A stretch of 64,000 bases of DNA. It comes from Myxococcales bacterium (GTDB taxonomy: Bacteria; Myxococcota_A; Bradymonadia; UBA7976; UBA1532). The position numbers and the translations under genes are program-made. The notes below the pieces were generated by a model. It saw only the letters and a program-made list of their open reading frames with translations. It searched no databases and was not told the origin of the DNA. The stretch is from NCBI GenBank assembly GCA_020633435.1, contig JACKDP010000002.1, forward strand, positions 695,788-759,787, written 5' to 3'. Positions 39,738-49,576 of this stretch are shown piece by piece (positions within the stretch are counted from its first letter, which is position 1; the number at the start of each line of letters is the position of its first letter).

Positions 39738-41768
39738 GTGAGCGCTTTGGCCGAACGGTTCGCCGGCATCCCGGCGGAGACGCTGCAACGCTGGTACGCC
39801 CTGACCCACCTCGGGCGGCTGCTGGAAGACCGCGCCGTGGGGTACATCCGCAAGGCGAAGGGGTGGAGCTACCACGCCCCGTTCGCCGGGCACGACGGCA
39901 TCCAGCTCGCCCTGGGCCTGGCGTTCCGGTGGGAGAAGGACTTCCTCTTCCCCTACTACCGCGACATGCTCACCGTGCTGGCGGCCGGCATGACCCCCGA
40001 GGAGATCATCCTCAACGGCCTGTCGAAGGACGGGGACGTGGCCGGCGGCGGCCGCCATATGTCCAACCACTTCGCCAAGCCCGCGGTCGGCATCCAGAAC
40101 GTGTCGTCGTGCACCGGGAACCACACGCTGCACGCCGTGGGCGTGGCCCGGGCCATCAAGCACTACGGCGACGACGCCGTCGCGTTCTCCAGCCAGGGCG
40201 AGTCGTCCACCAGCGAGGGCTACGTCTACGAGGCCCTGAACGGGGCCTGCCGCGAGCAGCTCCCCGTCATCTTCGTGGTGCAGAACAACGGCTACGGCAT
40301 CTCGGTGCCCACCTGGGAGCAGTCGGCCAACACGACGGTCTCGGAGAACTACCGGGGCCTCAAGCACCTGCTCATCATCAACGTGGACGGCACCGACTTC
40401 GTCGACTGCCACCGCGGCATGCAGCGGGCGCTCGAGTACGTGCGCAGCGGCGAGGGCCCGGTGCTCCTGCACGCGCAGTGCGTTCGCATCGGCGCCCACT
40501 CCAACTCCGATCGCCACGAGCTCTACCGCGACGACGCCGAGATCGCCGAGGCGCTGACCCACGATCCCCTGCCCCGCCTGCGCGCAGAGCTGCTGGAGGC
40601 GGGGCTGGCCACCGAGGCCGACCTGGCCGCGCTGGAGCAGGCCAACGAGGCCCAGGTCCAGGCCGCGGCGGACGCCGTCGAGGAGGCCCCCGATCCGGAT
40701 CCGGCCACCGTCGCGACGTTCCTCTACCCCCCGGCCTACGAGCCCGTGGAGACGCCCACGCCCGCCGAGGGCGAGAGCTGGAAGATCCGCGAGGCCATCA
40801 ACGAGACGCTGCACGCCGAGTTCGAGCGCAACCCCGACACCTTCCTCTGGGGCCAGGACGTGGCCTCCAAGGAGAAGGGCGGCGTGTTCCTCGTGACCAA
40901 GGGCATGCAGCAGGCCTTCGGCCGCGGCCGCGTCTTCAACGGGCCCATCGCCGAGGACTACATCGTCGGCACCGCCAACGGCCTGTGCCGCTACAAGCCC
41001 GAGATCCGCGCGGTCATCGAGGCGGCCCAGTTCGCCGACTATGTGTGGCCGGCGATGGAGCAGATCGTCGAGATGAGCCATGAGTACTGGCGCACGCGGG
41101 GGCAGTTCTCCCCCAACGTGACGCTGCGGCTCTCCAGCGGCGGCTACATCGGCGGCGGCCTGTACCACTCGCAGAACACCGAGGCCATCTTCGGGCACCT
41201 GCCCGGGGTGCGCATCGTGGCGCCGGCCTTCGCCGACGACGCCGCCGGCCTGCTGCGCACCTGCATCCGCAGCGAGGGCATGACGTTCTTCCTGGAGCCA
41301 AAGTTCCTTTACAATCAGCCCTTTGCGGCCACCGTCCGCCGCGACGCCGAGCACGCCATCCCCTTCGGGAAGGCCCGCATCCGCCGGCCCGGCGACGCCG
41401 CCACCATCGTCGCGTGGGGCACGCCGGTGCACTGGAGCCTGCGCGCCGCCCAGAAGATGGCCAAGGAGGGCGCCGAGGTCGAGGTCATCGACCTGCGCTC
41501 CATCAAGCCCTGGGACTTCGACACGGTGGCGGCCTCCGTGAAGAAGACGGGGCGCCTGCTGGTGGTGCACGAGGACCACCTGACCAACGGCTTCGGCGCC
41601 GAGATCGTGGCGGTCGTGGCCGATCGCCTCTTCGAGTGGCTCGACGCGCCCATCCGGCGGGTCGGGGCCCTCGACGTCCCGGTGGCGTTCTCGCGTATCC
41701 TGGAGAAGGCCATCCTGCCCCAGGAGTCCGATGTGCTGGAGGCGCTCCGGGGCTTGCTGGAATACTAG
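39738..41768 (+). CDS. fused alpha/beta E1 component of a 2-oxoacid dehydrogenase (TPP-dependent)
   Basis: N-terminal E1-alpha features (YRDML...GMT, GGGRHMSNHF, TPP-binding GDDAVAFSSQGESSTSEGYVYEALN). C-terminal transketolase-like pyrimidine-binding and C-terminal domains. GTG 39738 is preceded by a GGAGGA Shine-Dalgarno sequence; an alternative GTG lies at 39717. Confidence 0.85.
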   Translation: MSALAERFAGIPAETLQRWYALTHLGRLLEDRAVGYIRKAKGWSYHAPFAGHDGIQLALGLAFRWEKDFLFPYYRDMLTVLAAGMTPEEIILNGLSKDGDVAGGGRHMSNHFAKPAVGIQNVSSCTGNHTLHAVGVARAIKHYGDDAVAFSSQGESSTSEGYVYEALNGACREQLPVIFVVQNNGYGISVPTWEQSANTTVSENYRGLKHLLIINVDGTDFVDCHRGMQRALEYVRSGEGPVLLHAQCVRIGAHSNSDRHELYRDDAEIAEALTHDPLPRLRAELLEAGLATEADLAALEQANEAQVQAAADAVEEAPDPDPATVATFLYPPAYEPVETPTPAEGESWKIREAINETLHAEFERNPDTFLWGQDVASKEKGGVFLVTKGMQQAFGRGRVFNGPIAEDYIVGTANGLCRYKPEIRAVIEAAQFADYVWPAMEQIVEMSHEYWRTRGQFSPNVTLRLSSGGYIGGGLYHSQNTEAIFGHLPGVRIVAPAFADDAAGLLRTCIRSEGMTFFLEPKFLYNQPFAATVRRDAEHAIPFGKARIRRPGDAATIVAWGTPVHWSLRAAQKMAKEGAEVEVIDLRSIKPWDFDTVAASVKKTGRLLVVHEDHLTNGFGAEIVAVVADRLFEWLDAPIRRVGALDVPVAFSRILEKAILPQESDVLEALRGLLEY

Positions 41769-41947
41769 GCGCGTGGCCTGCGCAGGGGACCCGACGCGTC
41801 GGGCCACCCCTGACCGGCGACGCGGGCGGGCCCTCGACCGGGGGCGCGCCGCGTGACACCCCGCCCGGCGCGGGGCTCAGGTCGATCACGGGAGGTCGGG
41901 CGAGCGCGGGGAGAGCGCTGGCCGGGCGAGTCCCCGCGGAGAGGAAG

Positions 41948-44900
41948 ATGAACCACTCGAAGTCCTGGCGCCTCGCGGCGGCGCTCGTCCTGCTCGGTGG
42001 CCCGGCCTGGGGCCAGTTCCCCAACGGGGCCGACTCGCAGGACATGGAGACCGGCCAGTTCTGCGCCCCCGAGCTGGGGCGCGTGCAGCTCTCGCTGGAC
42101 GCCTACGGCGCCCACGGCTCGTCCACGTCAGCCGGCGAGAACGCCCAGTTCAACCCCGCCGACGACGTCCCCGATCAGGGGTTCGTGAACACGATGTTCG
42201 AGTCGATGCCCTTCCTCTGCCGCACGCAGGGCGGGCAGACGGCGGGCACATGGCTGGAGGCCGGCGACTTCGCGGGGCAGCGCGCCCGGGTGCAGGTGGT
42301 CGACGGGGTGGTCAACTCCCAGTTCTCCGCCAACGGCATCGAGGTGTCGGCCCGGTACTGGCTGGACTGCACCGAGCTGCACCAGTGCTACACCTTCACC
42401 AACATCACCAACGCCGCCATGGACGTGGTGGCGCTGACCCACTACATCGACGGCGACCTCTTCTTCGGCGAGGGCGGCCTGGGCAACGACTACGGGGCCA
42501 CCAGCGTGGGCGCCCCGAAGACGCTCTGGGAGTTCGACGAGGGCGATGATCCCAATGATCCCACGACCTTCGTGGGCATGTACGGGGAGAACGGCGCCGA
42601 CGCGTTCCTGAACTCGTGGGAGATCGGCCAGTACTCCGAGCAGCGCGGCCGCATCGCCAACACCGCCGGTGGCTGCGCCATCCTGCGCAACGACATCAAC
42701 ATGCGCGGCCAGAACGTCGACGTGGACGGCGACTTCATCACCGACCGCGGCTTCGACGTGACGCTGGCGCTGCGCTACGACATGGGCCCGCTGGAGCCAG
42801 GCGAGGCCAGCCGCGAGCTGTGCTACGTGGTGCAGTGGGGCGTGGGCCTGCCCTGCTCCGATGAGGATCTCGACGAGATCTGCCTGCCCGACGACAACTG
42901 CCCGAGCGTGCCCAACCCCGACCAGGTGGACGAGGACGGCGACGGCGTGGGCGACGTCTGCGACAACTGCCCCAAGACGGTGAACCCCGAGCAGGCGGAC
43001 ACCGACGAGGACGGCCAGGGCGACGCCTGCGACCGCATCTTCTGCGAGCCGGACGGCCAGCCCGAGGTCTGCGACGGCATCGACAACGACTGCGACGGCC
43101 TCGTCGACATCAACCCCGATGGCTCCCCGGTGGTCGTGCCCGGCGCCTGCGCCACCGGCCTGGCCGGCCAGTGCGCGGTGGGCAACTGGGCCTGCGTCGG
43201 CGGCCGCTCCCGCTGCGCGCCCGACATCTCCCCCAGCCCCGAGGTCTGCGACCTGCTGGACAACGACTGCGACGGCAACATCGACGAGGGCACCCGCAAC
43301 GCCTGCGGCACCTGCGGCGGGCGCCCCCCCGAGACGTGCGACGGCACCGACGAGGACTGCGACGGCACCATCGACGAGGGCGATCTCTGCCCCGCGGGCC
43401 AGGGCTGCTACGAGGGCCGCTGCCTCGGCAGCTGCGGCGAGGGCGGCGCCTGCCCCAACGGCAACGACACCTTCTGCGCCGACGGCGTGTGCGTGCCGTG
43501 GTGCCAGGTCAACGGCTGTGACGTCGCCGGGCAGGTCTGCGAGGCCAACGGGGCCTGCGTGGATCCCTGCGCCGGCGTGCAGTGCGGCGCGGGCGAGGCC
43601 TGCCTGGACGGCGAGTGCGGCCCGGCCCACTGCGTGCGCACCGGCTGCCCCGACGGCCAGCGCTGCCGGCCCGGCGGCTGCGAGCCCGACCCGTGCGCCG
43701 GCCGCGACTGCGGCGACGCCAGCTTCTGCCGCGAGGGCGAGTGCGTGTTCTCCTGCGCCGGCGTGGCCTGCCCCGCCGCCCAGGCGTGCTTCGACGGCCT
43801 GTGCGATGACACCGGCTGCGGCCCCGTGGGCTGCCCCGCCGAGGGCGAGCTCTGCGTCGAGGGCGTCTGCGCCGAGGATCCCTGCAAGGACGTGGCCTGC
43901 GGCGACGCGGAGACCTGCGTGATGGGCGCCTGCGTGCCCGATCCCTGCCAGGGCGTCCGCTGCCCCCAGTACCAGATCTGCGCCGTCGTGCTGGGCACCG
44001 CCCAGTGCGTCGCCAACTGGCCCACCTTCCCGGCCGAGACCGATCCCGGCGCCGGCGGGGCGGGCGGCCAGGGCGGCGCGGGCGGCCAGGGTGGCGCCGG
44101 CGGCCAGGGTGGCGCGGGCGGCCAGGGTGGCGCCGGTGGCCAGGGTGGCGCCGGGGGCGGCTTCTTCTGCGGCCCCGAAGACTGCGGCGAGCTGCCCCCC
44201 GGCCTGCACTGTCCGGACGGCTCCATGATCTCGCCGACCTGCGAGATCCAGCCCAACGACGCCTGCGACTGGGTCTTCCCCGCCTGCCCGGGCGAGGCGT
44301 GCGGCCCCGCGGCCGGCCACGACTGCGCGCCCGGCGCCGTCTGCGACTTCCCCGACAACGCCTGCGGGGCCGGCGCGGCGGGCATCTGCCAGACGCGGCC
44401 GGAGGCCTGCCCCGAGATCTACGCGCCGGTCTGCGGGTGCGATGGCGTCGAGTACGACAACGAGTGCTTCGCCCTCGGCGCCGGCACCGATGTCGCGTCG
44501 GTGGGCGCCTGCGAAGGCCCCCGCCCCTGCCGCGAGGACGAGTGCGGCCCGCCGCCCCCCGTGGCGCAGTGTGAGGACGGCAGCTTCCCCGTGATCGCGT
44601 GTGCGCGCGCCGAGGACGGCATGTGCGGCTGGCAGGTGAGCTGCCCCGAGCCGGCCGAGGCCTGCGGCCTGCCCGCCGACAGCGGCGACTGCGACGCCGA
44701 CATCCCGCGCTGGTTCCACAACGCCCAGACCGGCCAGTGCGAGCAGTTCTCGTACGGCGGCTGCGGCGGAAACGCCAACAACTTCGAGACGTTGGAGGCC
44801 TGCCAGGCGACCTGCAACGTGGACGGCCCCGTGTGCCGGGACGGCTCGTTCGCCAGCATCCTGCTGGGCGGCCGCTTCTCGGCCGGCGAGTGCTTCGGGT

Positions 44901-45319
44901 TCTGCCGCCAGGAGCTCAACCTGCACGCCTCGCCCTTCGCCGGCCCGATGCCGAGCTGCGACTGGGTGGACCTGGACCTGTGCGACGACGGCAACCCCGA
45001 CGTTGGCTGCGTGCGCCACACGGGCACACTGACGCCGGCCGGCCACGACCGCGCCCGCGCCATCGCCCGCGCGCTCCTCGGCGTGGCCCTCGAGCGCGTC
45101 TACCCCTGCGGCGACGAGTGCCCGGAGGACCTGCCCGGCATCAGCCTGCGCCTCCGCCGGGACGGCGTCGACAGCGAGCACGCCTACAGCGGGGGCCATG
45201 CCCCCGACGTCCTGGCCGACGCCGACGCCTGGTTCAACGACGTCCTGCGCGCCCTGCGCGGGTGCACCCCCTCGCCCTTCATCCAGCCCAACGCCGACTG
45301 CCGCCCCCTGGCCCCCTGA
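41948..45319 (+). CDS. large multidomain exoprotein: N-terminal unknown domain, TSP3 repeats, MopE-like CxDxDNDCDG motifs, EGF-like Cys repeats, GGAGGQ linker, Kazal domain, Kunitz/BPTI domain
   Basis: Signal peptide [23 protein letters not shown] with a GGAGAGGAAG Shine-Dalgarno sequence. [41 protein letters not shown] and [15 protein letters not shown]. Kazal: [22 protein letters not shown]. Kunitz: [51 protein letters not shown]. Confidence 0.8.
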   Translation: MNHSKSWRLAAALVLLGGPAWGQFPNGADSQDMETGQFCAPELGRVQLSLDAYGAHGSSTSAGENAQFNPADDVPDQGFVNTMFESMPFLCRTQGGQTAGTWLEAGDFAGQRARVQVVDGVVNSQFSANGIEVSARYWLDCTELHQCYTFTNITNAAMDVVALTHYIDGDLFFGEGGLGNDYGATSVGAPKTLWEFDEGDDPNDPTTFVGMYGENGADAFLNSWEIGQYSEQRGRIANTAGGCAILRNDINMRGQNVDVDGDFITDRGFDVTLALRYDMGPLEPGEASRELCYVVQWGVGLPCSDEDLDEICLPDDNCPSVPNPDQVDEDGDGVGDVCDNCPKTVNPEQADTDEDGQGDACDRIFCEPDGQPEVCDGIDNDCDGLVDINPDGSPVVVPGACATGLAGQCAVGNWACVGGRSRCAPDISPSPEVCDLLDNDCDGNIDEGTRNACGTCGGRPPETCDGTDEDCDGTIDEGDLCPAGQGCYEGRCLGSCGEGGACPNGNDTFCADGVCVPWCQVNGCDVAGQVCEANGACVDPCAGVQCGAGEACLDGECGPAHCVRTGCPDGQRCRPGGCEPDPCAGRDCGDASFCREGECVFSCAGVACPAAQACFDGLCDDTGCGPVGCPAEGELCVEGVCAEDPCKDVACGDAETCVMGACVPDPCQGVRCPQYQICAVVLGTAQCVANWPTFPAETDPGAGGAGGQGGAGGQGGAGGQGGAGGQGGAGGQGGAGGGFFCGPEDCGELPPGLHCPDGSMISPTCEIQPNDACDWVFPACPGEACGPAAGHDCAPGAVCDFPDNACGAGAAGICQTRPEACPEIYAPVCGCDGVEYDNECFALGAGTDVASVGACEGPRPCREDECGPPPPVAQCEDGSFPVIACARAEDGMCGWQVSCPEPAEACGLPADSGDCDADIPRWFHNAQTGQCEQFSYGGCGGNANNFETLEACQATCNVDGPVCRDGSFASILLGGRFSAGECFGFCRQELNLHASPFAGPMPSCDWVDLDLCDDGNPDVGCVRHTGTLTPAGHDRARAIARALLGVALERVYPCGDECPEDLPGISLRLRRDGVDSEHAYSGGHAPDVLADADAWFNDVLRALRGCTPSPFIQPNADCRPLAP

Positions 45320-45360
45320 GGCCGCTTGAACGCGGCCGCGCCATCGGCGAAGCTCTCGCC

Positions 45361-46764
45361 ATGGCACGCATTCTGGTGATCGACGACAACGAGACCATGC
45401 GGCTGGGCATCGCCCACACCGTGCAACGCCTCGGCCACGAGGTCGACCAGGCCGGCAGCGGCCCCGAGGGCATCGAGAAGTTCAAGAAGCGGCCCGCCGA
45501 CTTCGTGATCTCGGACCTCAAGATGGAAGGCCTGGACGGCATCGGCGTGCTGGAGGGCATCCGGCAGCTCGACCCCGACGCCCTGCTCATGATCGTCACG
45601 GGCTTCGGCACCATCGAGACGGCCGTGAAGGCCATGCAGCTCGGGGCCTTCGACTTCATCACCAAGCCCTTCCCGCCCCAGGTCCTGCGGCTCAAGGTCG
45701 AGGCCGCGCTGGCCGTCATCGAGCAGCGCCACGCCCGCGAGAAGCTGGAGCGGCACAACGAGGTCCTGCGCGAGGAGGTCGAGGAGCGCTACCACCTCGA
45801 CCCGAAGCGCCCCGAGGTGGACCACGACCTCGTCGGCGAGAGCCCGGCCATCCAGCGCATCATCGAGACCATCCGCCGCGTGGCCGGCGCTGAGAGCACC
45901 GTCTACATCTACGGCGAGAGCGGCACCGGCAAGGAGCTCGTCGCCCGCGCCCTGCACCGCACCAGCCGCCGCAAGGACGGCCCCTTCATCAAGGTCAACT
46001 GCGGCGCCCTCGCCGAGAGCATCCTGGAGAGCGAGCTCTTCGGCCACGAGCGCGGCTCGTTCACCAACGCCCACAAGCGCAAGCTCGGCCGCTTCGAGCT
46101 CGCCGACGGCGGCACCCTCTTCCTCGACGAGATCGGCGACATCAGCCCCGCCATCCAGCTCAAGCTCCTGCGCGTCCTGCAGGAGCGCGAGTTCGAGCGC
46201 GTGGGCGGCGAGGAGACCGTCAAGGTCGACGTCCGCGTCGTCAGCGCCACCAACCGCGACATGCGCAAGCTCGTCGACGAGGGCAAGTTCCGCGAAGACC
46301 TCTTCTACCGCCTGCACATCGTGCCCATCGAGCTCCCCCCGCTGCGCGAGCGCGCCACCGACATCGGCCTGCTGGCGAAGCACTTCATCGAGAAGCTCCA
46401 CCGCCGCGCCGGCAGCCGCGCCCGCGCCCTCAGCCCCGACGCCCTCGAAGCCCTCAAGCGCTACCCCTGGCCCGGCAACGTCCGCGAGCTGGAGAACGCC
46501 ATCGAGGTCGCCCTGGTCTTCGCCGACGGCGACCGCCTGGAGCTCAAGGACCTGCCCGCCCACATCAGCGGCGCCCCGCCCCGCGACTTCTTGCCGGTGC
46601 TGCAAGGGGACCAGGCGCTGCCCGACATCCTGGATGGGCTGGAGAAGCAGCTGATCTTGCGGGCGTTCGAGCAGGCGAACGGGGTGAAGACGGAGTGCGC
46701 GCGGCTGCTGGGCGTGAAGACGAGCGCGCTGTACTACAAGCTGGAGAAGTATGGGATTGGATAG
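45361..46764 (+). CDS. NtrC-family sigma-54-dependent response regulator (receiver plus AAA+ plus HTH_8)
   Basis: Receiver domain [16 protein letters not shown]...DLKMEGLDG...K. GESGTGKE Walker A and GSFTNA (GAFTGA variant). C-terminal Fis HTH. Confidence 0.9.
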   Translation: MARILVIDDNETMRLGIAHTVQRLGHEVDQAGSGPEGIEKFKKRPADFVISDLKMEGLDGIGVLEGIRQLDPDALLMIVTGFGTIETAVKAMQLGAFDFITKPFPPQVLRLKVEAALAVIEQRHAREKLERHNEVLREEVEERYHLDPKRPEVDHDLVGESPAIQRIIETIRRVAGAESTVYIYGESGTGKELVARALHRTSRRKDGPFIKVNCGALAESILESELFGHERGSFTNAHKRKLGRFELADGGTLFLDEIGDISPAIQLKLLRVLQEREFERVGGEETVKVDVRVVSATNRDMRKLVDEGKFREDLFYRLHIVPIELPPLRERATDIGLLAKHFIEKLHRRAGSRARALSPDALEALKRYPWPGNVRELENAIEVALVFADGDRLELKDLPAHISGAPPRDFLPVLQGDQALPDILDGLEKQLILRAFEQANGVKTECARLLGVKTSALYYKLEKYGIG

Positions 46765-46775
46765 ACCGCCAACTG

Positions 46776-47627
46776 CTACTCGATCGCGGCGAGGCGGCAT
46801 ACCGTCCCTTTGACCTTGCAGCGACGCTGAAGTTCACACTCGCCGAGTGCCAGCTTCGAACAGTCTCTGTCAGACACTGGAACGCACTCGAGCCCAGACC
46901 CCGAGCACACCGCCGTGCAGGAGCCACTTTGCGCACAAACGCTTGTGCTGTTGCAGATTTTACTTACCGTCGCCGAAGTCCGGACTTCTAGGCTCCTCGA
47001 CAACGGGCATGACAAGTCGACCGATAGCACACAGCCGAGCTCTGCAAGCCGAAGACAGAACGCCGTACTCATCTCGGTGTCGAGTTCGTTGATTCCCTCG
47101 ACGAACTCCGGTCTGCGAGCGGGTGCTTCGCCTCGATTCGGAGGGCAGGCTACCTCGAACAGAGTGCCTTGGATGGTCGCGGAGACCATCACGCCGTAGG
47201 CCAGATTCGCAGCTGTCTGAACCTGGCAGGCGACAGCTGGCTCCTTCTTGATGAGTTCCTTCAACGGCATTTCACTTCGAAGCCCGTAGTTCGTTGACAG
47301 GCCGGCGCTCTCCGCAACAAGCCTGCTCAGCTGCCCCGAACACGAGATATCGCCCGTTGCCATGGTCTGCCCAGTCTCATCGCTAATGCGCACGACGGGG
47401 ACCTCCGAGATGAAGGCGCCTTCAGGCACCGACTCGGTCTCTACCGCGAAGGTCCAGCCCACCGGCAAAGCTTGTTGGAGCCGTTCAACCGGGATACCGC
47501 AGACCCTGAGGGCCTGAGTTCCAACGAACAACGCGGGGGGGTCTGGCTTGGCCGTGGCCGGTGGCGAACTTGGGACTGCCAGGGCCAGAGCCGCCCATCG
47601 AGAATACCGCTTCACTCTACCCTGCAC
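46776..47627 (-). CDS. Cys-rich secreted hypothetical protein encoded in a low-GC islet
   Basis: 283-aa ORF in a roughly 57% GC segment, where random ORFs are unlikely. N-terminal signal-like RWAALALAV. About 18 Cys residues concentrated in the C-terminal half. Confidence 0.45.
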   Translation of the reverse strand: MQGRVKRYSRWAALALAVPSSPPATAKPDPPALFVGTQALRVCGIPVERLQQALPVGWTFAVETESVPEGAFISEVPVVRISDETGQTMATGDISCSGQLSRLVAESAGLSTNYGLRSEMPLKELIKKEPAVACQVQTAANLAYGVMVSATIQGTLFEVACPPNRGEAPARRPEFVEGINELDTEMSTAFCLRLAELGCVLSVDLSCPLSRSLEVRTSATVSKICNSTSVCAQSGSCTAVCSGSGLECVPVSDRDCSKLALGECELQRRCKVKGTVCRLAAIE

Positions 47628-47808
47628 TTCCGTTGCCCCCTGCCTACTGGCTCATAAGCTCGGCCCAGGTCCCGAAAAGATCAAGCTTTCCATCACTTGT
47701 CCGGAAGCTGCCCAACCACAAACCTCACTTGAACCGCCCGTTTACCGTCGCAACCGGACCGGCGCCGCCCAAACAAGGCTGGGCGCGATCTAGCCGCTCT
47801 CCCCCCCC

Positions 47809-49407
47809 TCACTCCCCCGCCAGGCAGACGCCGATGGCGTCGCAGTCCCCCTGGGCGGCCAGCGCGCAGGCGTACTCGTCGCGGGTGAGGCTGGCGCAGG
47901 CGGCGAGGCAGAAGTCGCGGCCGCCGAGGCCGATGCAGGCTTGCAGGCCGTTGTCGCAGAAGGCGGCGCACTCGTCGGGGCTGGGGCGGAAGTCGGGGTC
48001 GCCTTCGCAGATGGGGGCGAGCTCGCGGTTGTTGCGGTAGACGATCTGGCGGACTTCGGCGCAGGTGGCGGCCTCGACGTTGGCGACCTGCTCGTCGGTG
48101 GGGGGCTGGTCGAGGCAGCCGGCGGTGCAGTTGACGCTCAGCTCGGGCGGGATGATGCGCGGGGGGCAGGCTTCTTCGAGGCAGCCCTGCAGGCGGCCGC
48201 AGAAGCGGGCGCAGCGGTCCTGGCCTTCGGGATCGCCGTAGCACGCGAGGACGTCGTCGCAGGTGGGGGCGAGCTGGACGCAGCGCAGGTTGGCGGCGTC
48301 GAAGGTGGCGCAGTCGGCCAGGCAGTCGGCGAGGGGGGCGTCGGTGCAGGGGCCGATGGTGTCGGCGCAGAGGGTCTCGCACGCGGCGGCGGCGTCGGCG
48401 TCGCAGGCGGCGTCGAGGGCGGCGTCCTGGGCGCGCCGCTCGGCGACGACGTCGCTGCACAGGGCGGCCTGGTGGGCCTGGACGGCGTCGGCGGTGGGCG
48501 GATCGACGACGCAGGCGTCGACGCACCGGCCGACCCAGCCATCGGGCAGGCTGCCGGCGGCGCACTCGCGGAAGATGCACTGGGCGGTGCGCTGGCAGTC
48601 GGCCTGGCAGAGCTGCCGAGGGTCGGGCGGGGGGCCCTCGAAGCAGGCGGCGAGGTCCGGGCAGGCGTCGGCGGCGGCGGCGCAGTCGCGCACAGGGGGC
48701 GGGATGTCGGCGCAGAAGCCCGCGCACTCGGCGGCCGAGACGAAGCCGCAGGCGTCGGCCAGATCGCAGAGGGCGTCGCACTGGCCGGGCGCGGGGGGCG
48801 CGTCGAAGCAGGCGGTGAAGGCGTCGCAGCTCTCGGCGGCGTCGACGCACGCGGTCAGGCGACCGGGGAGCTGGCTGCAGAACTGGCCACACTGGCGCGG
48901 CGGGATGCCGAAGCCGCAGGCGTTGGCCTGCTCGCAGCGCGCGGCGCAGGCGTCGGAGACGGGGGGCGGCTGCTCCCCGCTGCAGATGGCCCCAAGCTGG
49001 GGGATGGCCTGCTGAAGCCGGGCGTTGAACTGGTCGCAGGTGCCCGCGGTGGCGGCGCGCAGGCGGTCGGCGGGCTGCTGGCAGGCGCCGTCGCAGATGC
49101 CGGTGAGCGCCCGCTCACCGATGTCGGGGCAGGCCGGCACCAGGCACTCGTCCAGGCGGTCGCAGAAGGCGGCGCAGGCGTCGTCGGGCGGCGGCGCGGC
49201 GTCAGGGGGTACGCTGGCGTCGCGGGCGGGTGGGCGAGGCCCGGCGTCGGCCGGCCCGCCCTGAGCGTCGGCGCCCCCGCCGCCGGTGGCATCCGCGGTG
49301 GCGCCCGCGTCCGCCTGGGCGTCGGGCGTGGTGTCGTCGTCGGGGTTCGACCCCTCTTCGATGCAGCCCGACAGGGCGATGAGCGCGATCAAGGCCAGGT
49401 ACTTCAT
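47809..49407 (-). CDS. Cys-rich repeat lipoprotein
   Basis: MKYLALIALIALSGC lipobox. Repeats of the pattern C..(F/L)C..L..CGF(G/V)...C..FC. Acidic low-complexity linker after the signal. Confidence 0.65.
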   Translation of the reverse strand: MKYLALIALIALSGCIEEGSNPDDDTTPDAQADAGATADATGGGGADAQGGPADAGPRPPARDASVPPDAAPPPDDACAAFCDRLDECLVPACPDIGERALTGICDGACQQPADRLRAATAGTCDQFNARLQQAIPQLGAICSGEQPPPVSDACAARCEQANACGFGIPPRQCGQFCSQLPGRLTACVDAAESCDAFTACFDAPPAPGQCDALCDLADACGFVSAAECAGFCADIPPPVRDCAAAADACPDLAACFEGPPPDPRQLCQADCQRTAQCIFRECAAGSLPDGWVGRCVDACVVDPPTADAVQAHQAALCSDVVAERRAQDAALDAACDADAAAACETLCADTIGPCTDAPLADCLADCATFDAANLRCVQLAPTCDDVLACYGDPEGQDRCARFCGRLQGCLEEACPPRIIPPELSVNCTAGCLDQPPTDEQVANVEAATCAEVRQIVYRNNRELAPICEGDPDFRPSPDECAAFCDNGLQACIGLGGRDFCLAACASLTRDEYACALAAQGDCDAIGVCLAGE

Positions 49408-49576
49408 GTCGCCCCCCGGGGCCTGGTTCGGAGCGTCAGGATAGCCTGATCGCCCGGAGAGCGTCTCTCCGTCTGTCTGTGGCCGACCTGCAGGTTGTGG
49501 CGAGCGGCCCGCGTGGGGTCTATTGGGATGTGGGGCGCCGGCCGCTCCGACCCACGGACCGAGGACAGACGACGTG

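Noticed and set aside
41769-41947. Searched the intergenic region upstream of the Kazal/Kunitz gene and the region 7576-7693 for sigma-54 (-24 GG / -12 GC) promoters
   Set aside because: Only poor matches were found (for example TGGCCG-N5-GTCC). No convincing promoter could be called by eye.
43408-44385. 325-aa minus-strand ORF with PPWPPAP repeats
   Set aside because: Antisense of the GGAGGQ linker and Cys-rich region of the Kazal/Kunitz gene.
45320-45337. Small GGCCGC-ttgaac-GCGGCC hairpin between the Kazal/Kunitz gene and the NtrC-type regulator
   Set aside because: Only a 6-bp stem with no T-tract, 23 nt before the next start codon. It is more likely incidental or a weak attenuator than a terminator, and too weak to call.
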